Positions 1 to 10,349 are shown, counted from the first letter of the stretch. The stretch: 64,000 bases of DNA from Patescibacteria group bacterium (GCA_049325535.1 JBMOKY010000001.1:557942-621941), one strand, 5' to 3'. Numbers and translations are program-made. Notes: a model not told the origin generated them from the sequence alone.

Positions 1-33
1 GTAACCGAAGGTTTAGTTAGGCTAAATAACATT

Positions 34-1989
34 ATGAAAAAGCCCACTCGCAATTTTGTCAGCAATAAGGATATTTTTAAGCACGCATCACGAAAACGTA
101 GAAAAAAGACACTATGGTACTGCTTGAGTGCGGTCGCCCTTTTACTCATCATTATTGGCGGACTGATTGCGGCGTATTGGCAACCGGCAAAAGAGGTCAT
201 GGCATATGGGACTGCGGGTAAAGACGGATTTATCGAGGCGCAAGAATTACTCCTGTCGCAGGATTTTAGTGCAGCTGAAACAGAACTTCACGGAGCGATA
301 GAGGATTTTCAGTCCGCACAAAAAACATTTTCCAAATTCCTTTGGTTGAAATATCTTCCCGTGCTGGGCACCCAAATAAAAGCAATCGATAATTTACTTT
401 CTGTAGGAGTGGCTACCGGTCAGTCGATATCGGAGGTATCCGTTGTTGCTGCGTCGATAGTCGAACCACTGAAGCAAGACGAAGAAATTAGCCTGGCTAC
501 ACTAAGTGAAGAACAGACGCATCAGCTACTTGAAGACATTTATAATTCGAAACCAAAATTAGAAGCGGCCAAAGTCTCGATAGACCGGGCGGTTTCGTTC
601 GTCGATCAAATTCCTGATCGGGGTCTCATAAAAAAAATTAGTGAAATTATTGATCCACTCAAAGATCAGGTCCCTCGACTCCAGACCGGCCTAGACCAGG
701 CAATTTCAATAAGCCAAATGTTACCGCTTGTCGTCGGCTATCCCGAAATGAAAACCTACTTATTTCTTCTGGAAAATAATGCTGAATTAGCCCCCTCGGG
801 TGGCTTTATCGGGACATATGGAATACTGAAAATTTCAGATGGCGATATAATATCGTTTGAAACTGATAATGTCTACAACCTCGATGAACCAGCGGAAGAA
901 TGGCTGGATGTCGACGCGCCATGGCCGGTCGCCCGCTATAATGCTGCTCCAAAACTTTTTCTCCGTGGAGCCAGCTGGTCACCTGATTTTCCCACAACCG
1001 GTCAGTCAGCTCAATGGTTTTACCGTGAAGAACGAGGTCCTGAAAAAAACATTGATGGTACCATTGCCATTACGCCAACGTTTATCCAGTCTTTACTAAC
1101 CCTCACTGGTGAAATTACGGTTGACGGTCTCACATTTACTACAGAAAACTTTACCGATGTATTACAGGATCAGGTTTCACGCGGATTCCTGCGCGAGGGT
1201 ATTCCGCTTTCGGAACGGAAAGAAATTATCGGCGTTCTGTCAGATAAAATTTTAGATAGCGTTTTATCATTGCCAAAGAGTCGCTGGCCTGAGCTATGGA
1301 AAATTATTTCACAAAACATCAAAGAAAAGCACATTTTGGTCTATGCCAATGATGACTATGTCCAAAGCATGATTCTCAAGGAAAATTGGGGAGGAGAAAT
1401 CCAGCAAGTCAATCATGATTACCTGGCGGTTATTGACGCGAATCTCGCGAGCCTGAAAACAGACCCAGTTGTTGATCGCCATATTGACTATCAGCTCCAG
1501 CGTGACGGAAAAAATATTATTGCTGACGTATCCATCACCTACACAAATACAGGGACTATTACCTGGAAAACTACTCGGTACCGTACCTATACCCGCGTAT
1601 TTGTTCCAGAAGGTTCTACATTGCTCGTATCCGAAGGAACTATGGTAGACTGCAAGAATGGTGAAAAAGGGGGAGTGGAAACACTCACCGAACACGGTAA
1701 AACCTCATTTGGCGCCTTTATCTGTATTGAGCCGGGAGAAACTAAGACGCTGCATTATAAATACCATTTACCAGGTAGAATTTATGACCAGCTGAGTGAG
1801 GGAAACTATAGCGTTTTGGTACAGAAGCAGGCGGGTGCCGCCAATCATTCCACTTCATTTTCAATCAATTTAGAGAAACGGATTCTGGATGTGGAAGGGC
1901 TTGACATAGAGCCGACAATAACGGATACTACAGTTTCATTTTCACCAGTGCTTTCCGAGGATCGAACGGTGAATATTAGCTTTGAATAA
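34..1989 (+). CDS. Membrane-anchored DUF4012-like protein. Basic N-terminus, single TM, large extracytoplasmic domain.
   Basis: 651-aa ORF. N-terminal KRRKK followed by a hydrophobic helix (LWYCLSAVALLLIIIGGLIAAYW). Overall resemblance to DUF4012 envelope proteins. Starts an operon with an MreB-like gene and a GT4 glycosyltransferase. Confidence 0.55.
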   Translation: MKKPTRNFVSNKDIFKHASRKRRKKTLWYCLSAVALLLIIIGGLIAAYWQPAKEVMAYGTAGKDGFIEAQELLLSQDFSAAETELHGAIEDFQSAQKTFSKFLWLKYLPVLGTQIKAIDNLLSVGVATGQSISEVSVVAASIVEPLKQDEEISLATLSEEQTHQLLEDIYNSKPKLEAAKVSIDRAVSFVDQIPDRGLIKKISEIIDPLKDQVPRLQTGLDQAISISQMLPLVVGYPEMKTYLFLLENNAELAPSGGFIGTYGILKISDGDIISFETDNVYNLDEPAEEWLDVDAPWPVARYNAAPKLFLRGASWSPDFPTTGQSAQWFYREERGPEKNIDGTIAITPTFIQSLLTLTGEITVDGLTFTTENFTDVLQDQVSRGFLREGIPLSERKEIIGVLSDKILDSVLSLPKSRWPELWKIISQNIKEKHILVYANDDYVQSMILKENWGGEIQQVNHDYLAVIDANLASLKTDPVVDRHIDYQLQRDGKNIIADVSITYTNTGTITWKTTRYRTYTRVFVPEGSTLLVSEGTMVDCKNGEKGGVETLTEHGKTSFGAFICIEPGETKTLHYKYHLPGRIYDQLSEGNYSVLVQKQAGAANHSTSFSINLEKRILDVEGLDIEPTITDTTVSFSPVLSEDRTVNISFE

Positions 1990-2000
1990 TCGTCCGTATC

Positions 2001-3008
2001 ATGCTTTCTCGAAAATTAGCTATCGATTTAGGCACCACGTCCTCCCTCGTTCACATTCCCGGGAAGGGGATTGTGATTAATGAGCCGTCTGTGGTGGCTA
2101 TATCATTGACCGATAAAAAAGTGATGGCAGTCGGCTTAGAGGCTAAGGAAATGCTTGGCCGGACCCCTGACACTATTGTGGCATCACGGCCGCTGAAGGA
2201 TGGCGTTATTGCCGACTACCGGACAACTGAAGCGATGATTAAGTACTTCATCAATAAAGCACTTGGCGGTGTTCGTTTTTTTCGTCCAGAAGTCATGATC
2301 GCTGTCCCAGCTGGTATTACCTCCACTGAACGGCGCGCGGTAATCGAAGCTACGTTGCAGGCTGGTGCCAAGGCGGCCTACATTATCAAAGAACCCGTGG
2401 CCGCGGCAATCGGCGCCAATATCCCGATCGGATCCGCCTCGGGACATATGATCGTGGACATGGGCGGTGGCACGTCTGAGGTTGCCGTCATCTCACTCGG
2501 TGGTATCGTAGCCAATGCGTCAGTCCGCATCGGGGGAACAAAACTGGACGCTGCGATTCAGGAGTTTATTCGAAGAAAATACAATCTGGCCATCGGGGAG
2601 CGTACAGCCGAAGATCTGAAGATTCAGATCGGCTCCGCGCTTCCACTCGAAGACACGATGTATATGGAAATACGGGGCAGGGATTCGATCCAAGGCTTGC
2701 CAAAAACAGTCACCGTAGAGAGTAATGACGTGACTGAAGCAATTCAAGATGAGCTGAATGGTATGATACAGGCGATAAAATCCGTGCTACAAAATACACC
2801 TCCCGAATTATCCGCGGACATCATGGATAAGGGTATGGTATTGTCAGGCGGTACGGCGCAGCTGAGGAATCTAGATAAACTATTTTCGCAGGCGATTGGA
2901 ATACCAGCCTATGTCGCGGATGAACCACAACTTTGTGTAGCCAAAGGAACTGGCGTGGCACTGGAGAATTTGGATTCATACAAGAAAAGCATTTTGGCCA
3001 CCAAATAA
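2001..3008 (+). CDS. MreB/Mbl-family actin-like protein, second paralogue
   Basis: 335 aa. The N-terminal phosphate-1 motif LAIDLGTTSSLVH, GIVINEPSVVAI and DMGGGTSEVAVISLGG are MreB hallmarks. Distinct from the canonical mreB at 9284. Confidence 0.8.
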   Translation: MLSRKLAIDLGTTSSLVHIPGKGIVINEPSVVAISLTDKKVMAVGLEAKEMLGRTPDTIVASRPLKDGVIADYRTTEAMIKYFINKALGGVRFFRPEVMIAVPAGITSTERRAVIEATLQAGAKAAYIIKEPVAAAIGANIPIGSASGHMIVDMGGGTSEVAVISLGGIVANASVRIGGTKLDAAIQEFIRRKYNLAIGERTAEDLKIQIGSALPLEDTMYMEIRGRDSIQGLPKTVTVESNDVTEAIQDELNGMIQAIKSVLQNTPPELSADIMDKGMVLSGGTAQLRNLDKLFSQAIGIPAYVADEPQLCVAKGTGVALENLDSYKKSILATK

Positions 3009-4193
3009 ATGGTCATTGGTATCGATGCATCTCGGGCGAATCTCGAAGCACGGACTGGCACCGAATGGTACGCTTTTCACATGATTCGAGGACTAATCCG
3101 GAACGCACATCAGCGCTATCAATTTGTGCTATACACAAAATCACCCCTCCGTGAAGATTGGGGGCCGATGCCATCTTCGGTTACGGTGAAAATTTTGCGC
3201 TGGCCACCGGGATTTTTCTGGACTCAGCTGCGGTTGGCCTGGGAAATGCTGTGGCATTTACCTGATCTTTTATTCGTTCCCGCTCATACGATACCACTCG
3301 TGACCCCGCGCCGAACCATTACCACACTGCACGACGTTGGTTTTGAACATTTTAGTAAACTATACGGCCAGCAAACGATTGGTCCGAGGTGGCTCTCTCC
3401 GCTTGTACGGTTGGTGACGTGGGGACGATATAGTTCATCCGAGCTTGATTACCATCGATGGTCTGCACGTCTTGCGATTCGGAAAGCGCTTCGCATCATT
3501 ACAGTTTCAGAATTTTCAAAACGTGAGATAATAAAGACGCTCCGCGCGGTCCCCGCATCAATTCAAGTCATTCCCTGCGGATATAACATGGAGTATCATC
3601 AGAACTATGATCCTGAGGCAATAAGTGGGGTACGCATGAAATACGGCCTTCCTAAAACATACTTTTTGTTCATCGGGCGAATTGAGCAAAAGAAGAATAT
3701 AGGCGTTATGCTGGAAGCGTATTTTCGGTACCGATCGACTGGCGGTACCTTCGATTTTGCATTTGCCGGCAGTCCAGGCTATGGGTATGAAAAATTCAAA
3801 CAGATGATTCAGCATTCATCGTATGAGTCATCAATTCATAATTTGGGTTGGGTGCCCACGGAAGATTTGCCGCTGCTCATGAACGGATCTGGGGCATTTA
3901 TTTTTGTTACCTCGTATGAGGGATTCGGAATCCCAGTGCTGGAGGCCATGGCCTGTGGAACGCCAGTACTGACCGCTCAGGATCACGCTACAGCCGAGAT
4001 AGCGGGTGATGCGGCGCTGACAGTACCAAGTGCTGACCCAGCGGCTATTGCATGGGGAATGCATGAAATTTCAGAAAATCAGCAACTTCGAGAGATGTTG
4101 AAAAAACGCGGGCTACAGCATGTCACAAAATTCAGCTGGGAGTTTTCAAGCGAGTTACTTACTCAGTGTGTCGATGACTCTAATAAACTCTGA
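3009..4193 (+). CDS. Glycosyltransferase, GT4 family (GT-B fold)
   Basis: 394 aa. C-terminal EGFGIPVLEAMACGTPVLT motif typical of GT4 / RfaG-like enzymes. Starts immediately after the MreB-like stop codon. Confidence 0.8.
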   Translation: MVIGIDASRANLEARTGTEWYAFHMIRGLIRNAHQRYQFVLYTKSPLREDWGPMPSSVTVKILRWPPGFFWTQLRLAWEMLWHLPDLLFVPAHTIPLVTPRRTITTLHDVGFEHFSKLYGQQTIGPRWLSPLVRLVTWGRYSSSELDYHRWSARLAIRKALRIITVSEFSKREIIKTLRAVPASIQVIPCGYNMEYHQNYDPEAISGVRMKYGLPKTYFLFIGRIEQKKNIGVMLEAYFRYRSTGGTFDFAFAGSPGYGYEKFKQMIQHSSYESSIHNLGWVPTEDLPLLMNGSGAFIFVTSYEGFGIPVLEAMACGTPVLTAQDHATAEIAGDAALTVPSADPAAIAWGMHEISENQQLREMLKKRGLQHVTKFSWEFSSELLTQCVDDSNKL

Positions 4194-4250
4194 TAAGACT
4201 TGCCAAAATAGCATTTTTGTGTTACTTTGTGGTATACTGGAATCCTATTT

Positions 4251-5237
4251 ATGGCACGAAAAAAACAGACATCGGTTAAAAGTAAAGCGCAGATGACTGA
4301 ATTTGGGATAATCGGTAATGAAGCAGCCCAGATACGTGTCCGCCAACTCCTAAGCTCAACCAAGGATGAAAAATCTGGTCACGCAGCGATCGTCAGCGGA
4401 CCTTCGGGAATCGGAAAACGCTCAGTGATCATATCCGCGATGTCCCAAATACTCCATAGCGATAGGAGAGTCGGCAGCCATCCAGATGTAATCATACTCA
4501 CCCCAGAACCCGATCACCAGATAATCAGAATAGATCAAATTCGGACACTGCAAAGCAGAATCTCCGTACGACCTATTGCGTCTCCTACATACGTCATTAT
4601 CGTAGACGATGCAGGCCAGATGACTGAGGAAGCAAACAATGGATTGTTAAAACTTTTAGAAGAACCGCCGGCACCATCGTTATTCTTTCTACTCTCTACA
4701 AACCCTGACGCACTTCCAAAAACTATCCACTCTCGATGCGAACATATACGAATGCTGCCGGTGCCTACGGGTGAAATAGAGACATACCTCAAAGATCAAA
4801 AAGTTTCTCCAGCCTCGGCGAAAGTTTTGGCGCATGTGGCGCTTGGCTGTCCCGGCATCGCCCTCTCCATGGCGCGTGATAATGAATTGCTTGAATCGCA
4901 TAAGAATACCGCCAGAGACATAACGCGGCTTATGGCCGCCCCAATCCACGAACGTTTCACTGTCATTGAGTCGTTGATACCGCCAAAGACTCCGGCGGCC
5001 ACGGCAGGCGCCATTCTCGAACAATGGACAGCAATTGCCCGAGATATGTTGCTGCTCCGTTTGGGAATCAGGGATATTCAGCACGTATATATCGAATCAA
5101 CATTACATACTCTTGCGTCCGCCGTATCGACGTCGTCGCTTATTACCATGATCAATACACTTTTTTTGTCACGGAGGAGGATTGAGTCAAATATCTCCCC
5201 CCGACTCCTGTTTGAAGATTTAGCTATGTGCGCCTAG
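4251..5237 (+). CDS. holB: DNA polymerase III delta-prime subunit (clamp-loader AAA+)
   Basis: P-loop-like GPSGIGKRS and the LLKLLEEPP motif characteristic of delta-prime/tau clamp-loader subunits. The ATG at 4251 is preferred over the TTG at 4227 listed in the ORF track. An extended -10 (TGGTATACT) lies at 4230-4238. Confidence 0.7.
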   Translation: MARKKQTSVKSKAQMTEFGIIGNEAAQIRVRQLLSSTKDEKSGHAAIVSGPSGIGKRSVIISAMSQILHSDRRVGSHPDVIILTPEPDHQIIRIDQIRTLQSRISVRPIASPTYVIIVDDAGQMTEEANNGLLKLLEEPPAPSLFFLLSTNPDALPKTIHSRCEHIRMLPVPTGEIETYLKDQKVSPASAKVLAHVALGCPGIALSMARDNELLESHKNTARDITRLMAAPIHERFTVIESLIPPKTPAATAGAILEQWTAIARDMLLLRLGIRDIQHVYIESTLHTLASAVSTSSLITMINTLFLSRRRIESNISPRLLFEDLAMCA

Positions 5238-5245
5238 TCGCTATT

Positions 5246-6301
5246 ATGAAAAAACGATACTCAATTTTATTCATACTCGCTATCGCCATGCTCAGCATCG
5301 GCGCTACGGGCTGCAATATTAAAACAAAAGATACTCAAACTGACGGCGGTTTTTTTGCTTCCACTGACTTCGGTGAAAACTGGAAACAAAAGGTTTTCGT
5401 ATCACAAGAGAAAAGTGGCGTTCGAACGATTTCGAGTGTCGGTACCGAAAAAATGGTATTTGACCCCAATGACGCCCGGATACTCTACCTCCTAACGACC
5501 GGTTCCGGAATATATAAAACAATAAATAAAGGCGAGCAATGGTATGCAACTGGCTTAGCCAGCGGCACTTATGTGGATTTATCCATTGACCATCGTAACT
5601 CCAATGTTTTGTATGTGACTCAAGGAACGAAAATACTCAAAAGTGTAGACGCGGGTAAGACATGGCATGATATATATATTGAAACCCGAGCAGGGCAAAA
5701 ACTTGTCGCCGTGGCCGTCACTCCCGAGCACCCTGATACGGTATATGCAGCGTCGACGTCGAGCATGCTCAAAAGCACTGACTACGGAAATACCTGGAAG
5801 CTGCTCGAATGGAAAGAACCTTTGATAAAAAAAATCTTCATCAGTGAAAAAAATGTAAATACCCTGTTTGCGCTTACCACTGCTGGCTTATTTAAATCAG
5901 CCGATGCGGCAGCCACGTGGACGGATATTACCATCGCGCTCAAACAGTTCAAAGGCGCCCGGTCTATCGCCTGGATTGATTTTAACCCTACAACTGAACG
6001 AATACTACTCGGTACATCGTATGGCATTTTGCGGAGCACTGACGTCGGACAAAATTGGACGGAAATACCCACCTTATTCGATTTTAAAAAAGTAACCATC
6101 TCCACGGTGATTGAGCACCCGGATAATCCCGATCGGATTCTCTTTGCTACCAAAAATATCATCCAGAAGACGATTGACGGGGGACGCACCTGGAAAACAC
6201 TCAAAACGGTTCCAACCGGACGAACGATTAACTTTCTTATCAACGACCCCGAGACGCCTGACTCGGTATATCTCGGGACTAAGTTACCACCGCAAAAATA
6301 A
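5246..6301 (+). CDS. Lipoprotein with six BNR/Asp-box repeats (Ycf48/sortilin-like beta-propeller)
   Basis: Signal peptide with a lipobox (LSIGATGC). Repeated S/T-x-D-x-G-x-T/N-W motifs: STDFGENW, SVDAGKTW, STDYGNTW, SADAAATW, STDVGQNW, TIDGGRTW. Confidence 0.7.
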   Translation: MKKRYSILFILAIAMLSIGATGCNIKTKDTQTDGGFFASTDFGENWKQKVFVSQEKSGVRTISSVGTEKMVFDPNDARILYLLTTGSGIYKTINKGEQWYATGLASGTYVDLSIDHRNSNVLYVTQGTKILKSVDAGKTWHDIYIETRAGQKLVAVAVTPEHPDTVYAASTSSMLKSTDYGNTWKLLEWKEPLIKKIFISEKNVNTLFALTTAGLFKSADAAATWTDITIALKQFKGARSIAWIDFNPTTERILLGTSYGILRSTDVGQNWTEIPTLFDFKKVTISTVIEHPDNPDRILFATKNIIQKTIDGGRTWKTLKTVPTGRTINFLINDPETPDSVYLGTKLPPQK

Positions 6302-6311
6302 TATACTACTT

Positions 6312-6863
6312 ATGAGTATTATCACAGAAAAAAAACATCTTTTTGACGAGGCAATTGTGCACCTTAAGGATGAATTGGCAAATGTCCGTACTGGCCGAGC
6401 TAATCCTGAATTAGTAGAACAAATTAAGGCGGATTATTATGGCACACCGACTCCTCTCATCCAGCTCGGTTCAATCAGCACACCCGATTCCCATTCCATA
6501 CTTATCCAGCCGTGGGACCAGAATGCGCTGAAGGACATAGAAAAAGCTATCAGAGCTTCGGAGCTTGGTTTTAACCCCGTCAATGAAGGCCATCAGATAC
6601 GGATACCGATACCCGCTCTCACGGAAGAACGCCGAAAAGAATTGGTTAAACTCATGCAAGAAAAGCTCGAAGCAACCCGGGTGCGCATTCGTGGAGTTCG
6701 TGAGGACATGTGGCGCGACATAAAAGAACAAAAAAATTCGGGCTCAATAACTGAGGACGATCTGTATCTCCTACAGAAAGAATTGCAGAAAGAAACCGAC
6801 AACTATAATGCAATGGTGAAAGATATAGGCGAGCAAAAAGAAAGTGAAATTATGACGATATAA
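6312..6863 (+). CDS. frr: Ribosome recycling factor
   Basis: 183-aa product from the internal ATG MSIITEKKHLFDEAIVHLKDELANVRTGRANPELVE. Strong RRF similarity throughout. The longer ORF from 6111 overlaps the upstream gene and is unlikely to be real. Confidence 0.9.
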   Translation: MSIITEKKHLFDEAIVHLKDELANVRTGRANPELVEQIKADYYGTPTPLIQLGSISTPDSHSILIQPWDQNALKDIEKAIRASELGFNPVNEGHQIRIPIPALTEERRKELVKLMQEKLEATRVRIRGVREDMWRDIKEQKNSGSITEDDLYLLQKELQKETDNYNAMVKDIGEQKESEIMTI

Positions 6864-6867
6864 TACA

Positions 6868-8043
6868 ATGGTAAGCACCATCATTCTTTTCATTGTTATT
6901 CTTGGGTTACTAGTTTTTGTACATGAACTCGGGCATTTTGCGTTAGCCCGCCGCATGCGCATGGGAGTGGATGAATTTGGATTCGGTTTTCCGCCACGCG
7001 CTTTTGGAGCATGGAAAAACAAGCAAACGGGTAAGTGGGATTTTATATATGGTACGCGAGGACTTTCTGAAGAACAGCGCGGTGCCCATGGGACGATATA
7101 CTCGATGAACTGGTTGCCACTCGGGGGATTTGTGAAAATAAAAGGGGAGCAAGGCGATCAAGCCAAGGATCCCGACAGTTTTGCGTACCAGCGTCCATGG
7201 CGTCGCGCCCTTGTTCTGGGCGCTGGGGTGATGATGAACATGCTATTTGCATTTCTGCTGATATCCATAGGTTTTGGACTTGGTCTGCCGACTGTCATCA
7301 ATGACTCTGTGTCATCACAGGCGACGGTGATCGACAAAAGAGTACAAATAGTTGACGTGGAACCCGGCACGCCGGCTGAATCAGCCGGTTTGCAACCGGG
7401 TGATGTCATAACATCAGTGGATGGCGAATCAGTAATCTCAGTGGAACAATTTCAAACATATACTCGGCCCCGCCTCGACACCACAATGAGCGTCACTTAC
7501 ACACGGGGAAATGACGTCGGCGTTGCTACCATTACTCCCCAGGCACTCTATGAGGAGGACGAGGGGGCTATCGGTATCGCACTGGCACTGACTGGCTTTG
7601 TTCGGTATCCGTGGTATCAGGCCATATGGATGGGCGCACAAACTACCATATCGGTTACCTGGCAGATACTTTCGAGTTTTGGACAATTAATCGGCTCAGC
7701 ATTTGGCGGAGAAAAAACGAATATAGACGTGGCCGGGCCAGTTGGAGTGGCCGCACTAACTGGACAAATTGCCAAACTTGGGTTTATATATATACTCCAA
7801 TTCGCCGCTCTACTTTCAATAAATCTAGCGATAATCAACGCGGTGCCGTTTCCTGCCCTCGACGGTGGCCGCCTCCTATTTCTGCTTATCGAGAAAATCA
7901 GAAATAAGGCACTCAACCAGCGGGTAGAAGCCGCTATACATAATATTGGGTTTATCATTTTGATAGTGCTCGTGCTGGCTGTAACGGTAAAAGACATATC
8001 TCGCTTTACCGGAATTTTTGAAGGGATAAAGAATATTTTCTAA
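6868..8043 (+). CDS. rseP: RIP zinc metalloprotease (site-2 protease) RseP
   Basis: HELGHF (HExxH) in the first TM, a PDZ domain (GLQPGDVITSVDGE), and a C-terminal LDGG motif. Confidence 0.85.
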   Translation: MVSTIILFIVILGLLVFVHELGHFALARRMRMGVDEFGFGFPPRAFGAWKNKQTGKWDFIYGTRGLSEEQRGAHGTIYSMNWLPLGGFVKIKGEQGDQAKDPDSFAYQRPWRRALVLGAGVMMNMLFAFLLISIGFGLGLPTVINDSVSSQATVIDKRVQIVDVEPGTPAESAGLQPGDVITSVDGESVISVEQFQTYTRPRLDTTMSVTYTRGNDVGVATITPQALYEEDEGAIGIALALTGFVRYPWYQAIWMGAQTTISVTWQILSSFGQLIGSAFGGEKTNIDVAGPVGVAALTGQIAKLGFIYILQFAALLSINLAIINAVPFPALDGGRLLFLLIEKIRNKALNQRVEAAIHNIGFIILIVLVLAVTVKDISRFTGIFEGIKNIF

Positions 8044-8045
8044 CC

Positions 8046-9287
8046 ATGGAACAATCCACTCTGTTTCCAAAAACGCAGCATACCCCGCCTCGTGATGAAA
8101 TATCGCGTAATGCCCAGTTACTCGAGCGAGCAGGGTATGTCAGCAAACTATTTGCCGGTGTATATACATACCTACCTTTGGGGTGGAAGGTGCTGAAAAA
8201 TGTTGAACGAATAATTCGTGAGGAAATGAATGCAATTGGCGGCCAAGAATTATTCATGCCCGCGCTGCATCCCATCGAAAACTATCAAACAACGGGCAGA
8301 GATTCTATTGATGTACTTTTTCACCTCACGCTCGCTAATGAAAAAAAACTTGTCCTTGGCCAAAGTCATGAAGAAATAATTGTCCCATTGGTCAAAAAGT
8401 ATATTAAATCCCATAAGGATTTGCCGCTGTACCTGTACCAGATACAAACAAAGTTTCGGAATGAACTCAGGGCTAAATCTGGCATACTCCGTGGACGGGA
8501 GTTTATCATGAAAGATTTATACTCGTTTCACCAGTCGACTGAAGATTTTGAAGAATACTATGCCCGTGCCGCAGCGGCTTATCGTTTGATTTTTGCACGA
8601 GCAGGCATCGGACCGATGACATACTATACCTACGCATCAGGTGGCACTTTTTCTGAATTTTCGCATGAATTCCAGACGGTTACTCCGGCGGGGGAGGATA
8701 TCATACATCGCTGCGAGAAATGTTCCATAGCCATCAATGACGAAATTATCAAAACACAACCCACCTGCCCTCAGTGCGGATCAGCATCTCTCAAAACGGA
8801 AAAAGCAATTGAAGTCGGGAACATATTTCCACTGTTGACAAAGTTTTCAGATCCGTTCGGATTACAATTCACCGATGCCGATGGTTCACTCAAACCGGTC
8901 ATCATGGGTTGTTATGGTATCGGTCTCGGGCGATTGATGGGTACGGTAGCGGAAGTTCATAGCACGGAGACTGGTCTCCGTTGGCCGGCAGCGATTACGC
9001 CTTTTCAAGTGCATGTACTCGGACTGGGTAAGCACGATGACATACGAAAAAAAACGAAAATATTCAGTGACCATTTAGAGAATTCCACCATTAGTGTGTT
9101 GAGCGACGACCGCGATATTTCAGCGGGAAGCAAATTTGCCGATGCCGACCTCATCGGCATACCGGTCAGAGCAGTTATCTCAGAAAAAAACGGCGCTCAG
9201 GTGGAATTACGATGCGGTCATGATGCGCAACCAGAACTCGTATCGACCCAACATGCAGTTAATCGGATAAAAGATTTTTACGCATGA
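8046..9287 (+). CDS. proS: Prolyl-tRNA synthetase, minimal bacterial type lacking the INS editing domain. A CxxC-x17-CxxC zinc ribbon occupies the insertion site.
   Basis: LERAGYVSKLFAGVYTYLPLGWKVLKNVERIIREEMN, YQIQTKFRNELRAKSGILRGREFIMKDLYSF and motif-3 GCYGIGLGRL match ProRS. Only 413 aa. Confidence 0.85.
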   Translation: MEQSTLFPKTQHTPPRDEISRNAQLLERAGYVSKLFAGVYTYLPLGWKVLKNVERIIREEMNAIGGQELFMPALHPIENYQTTGRDSIDVLFHLTLANEKKLVLGQSHEEIIVPLVKKYIKSHKDLPLYLYQIQTKFRNELRAKSGILRGREFIMKDLYSFHQSTEDFEEYYARAAAAYRLIFARAGIGPMTYYTYASGGTFSEFSHEFQTVTPAGEDIIHRCEKCSIAINDEIIKTQPTCPQCGSASLKTEKAIEVGNIFPLLTKFSDPFGLQFTDADGSLKPVIMGCYGIGLGRLMGTVAEVHSTETGLRWPAAITPFQVHVLGLGKHDDIRKKTKIFSDHLENSTISVLSDDRDISAGSKFADADLIGIPVRAVISEKNGAQVELRCGHDAQPELVSTQHAVNRIKDFYA

Positions 9288-10345
9288 GTATTTTTGATAA
9301 TATATTAGGACGGTTTTCAAAAGACATGGGTATTGATTTGGGTACCGCAAATACCTTAGTATACGTTCGAGAGAAAGGCATTGTTATCAACGAGCCTTCG
9401 GTGGTGGCCATCAACACCCGTAATGACCAAATATTGGCGGTTGGAGAAGAGGCGCAAAAAATGATAGGTAAAACTCCGGCACATATCGTGGCATCCCGCC
9501 CCCTAGTCGATGGCGTTATATCGGATTTCGAGGTAACCGAAAAAATGCTAAAGTATTTTATTGACAAAGTTCACCGAGAAAGTTTTTCGATACTACCGCG
9601 ACCCCGTATTGTTATTGGTATTCCTTTGGGTGTTACGGAAGTGGAACGCAAGGCCGTCGAGGACGCGTGTTTGAATGCTGGTGCTCGTGAGGCATTTCTC
9701 ATCGAGGAGCCTGTCGCATCTGCGATCGGTGCTCGTTTGCCTATTCAGGACGCTTCCGGAAATATGATTGTCGATATCGGTGGCGGGACTACAGAAATTG
9801 CCGTCATATCACTCGGCGGCGTCGTCACCTGGAAGTCGCTGAGGGTAGCTGGCGATGAACTCGACCAAAACATTATTCAATACGCTCGGGATCACTTCAA
9901 CCTCCTTTTAGGGGAACGAACCGCCGAACAAATAAAGATTCAAATTGGGTCGGCATTAGCTTCCGATGAACCAGCGGAAACGACGATGCGTGGTCGTGAT
10001 CTCATAACCGGTTTGCCGAAAGAGGTCACGATAAATAGTAACCATATCCGCGAAGCCATCAATCGGTCTCTTCGCCAAATCATAGAGGGCGTCAAAAGTA
10101 CCATAGAAATTACGCCTCCAGAGCTCGTTGCCGACATATATGAGCGAGGAGTAATATTAGCCGGCGGCGGTGCGTTGCTCCGGGGGCTTGATGAGTTGCT
10201 CCGACAGGAGACAAAGATCCCTGTCCATATTACCGACGATCCTTTGACGTCAGTTGCGCGCGGAGCTGGAATAGTACTTGACGACTTAGAAAACTTAAAG
10301 GAGGTACTGTCCGACGATACAGGATCAAACGTGCTGAGCGACTAA
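9284..10345 (+). CDS. mreB: Rod shape-determining protein MreB
   Basis: MGIDLGTANTLVYV, DIGGGTTEIAVISLGG, ILAGGGALLRGLD. ATGA overlap with the proS stop. Confidence 0.9.
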   Translation: MSIFDNILGRFSKDMGIDLGTANTLVYVREKGIVINEPSVVAINTRNDQILAVGEEAQKMIGKTPAHIVASRPLVDGVISDFEVTEKMLKYFIDKVHRESFSILPRPRIVIGIPLGVTEVERKAVEDACLNAGAREAFLIEEPVASAIGARLPIQDASGNMIVDIGGGTTEIAVISLGGVVTWKSLRVAGDELDQNIIQYARDHFNLLLGERTAEQIKIQIGSALASDEPAETTMRGRDLITGLPKEVTINSNHIREAINRSLRQIIEGVKSTIEITPPELVADIYERGVILAGGGALLRGLDELLRQETKIPVHITDDPLTSVARGAGIVLDDLENLKEVLSDDTGSNVLSD

Positions 10346-10349
10346 GCCT

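Noticed and set aside
5782-6243. 153-aa minus-strand ORF inside the BNR lipoprotein and frr region
   Set aside because: It is antisense to two well-supported plus-strand genes.
6111-6311. Long N-terminal extension of the frr ORF (MSTRIIPIGF...)
   Set aside because: The extension overlaps the 3' end of the BNR gene in another frame. RRF homology begins exactly at the internal ATG at 6312.
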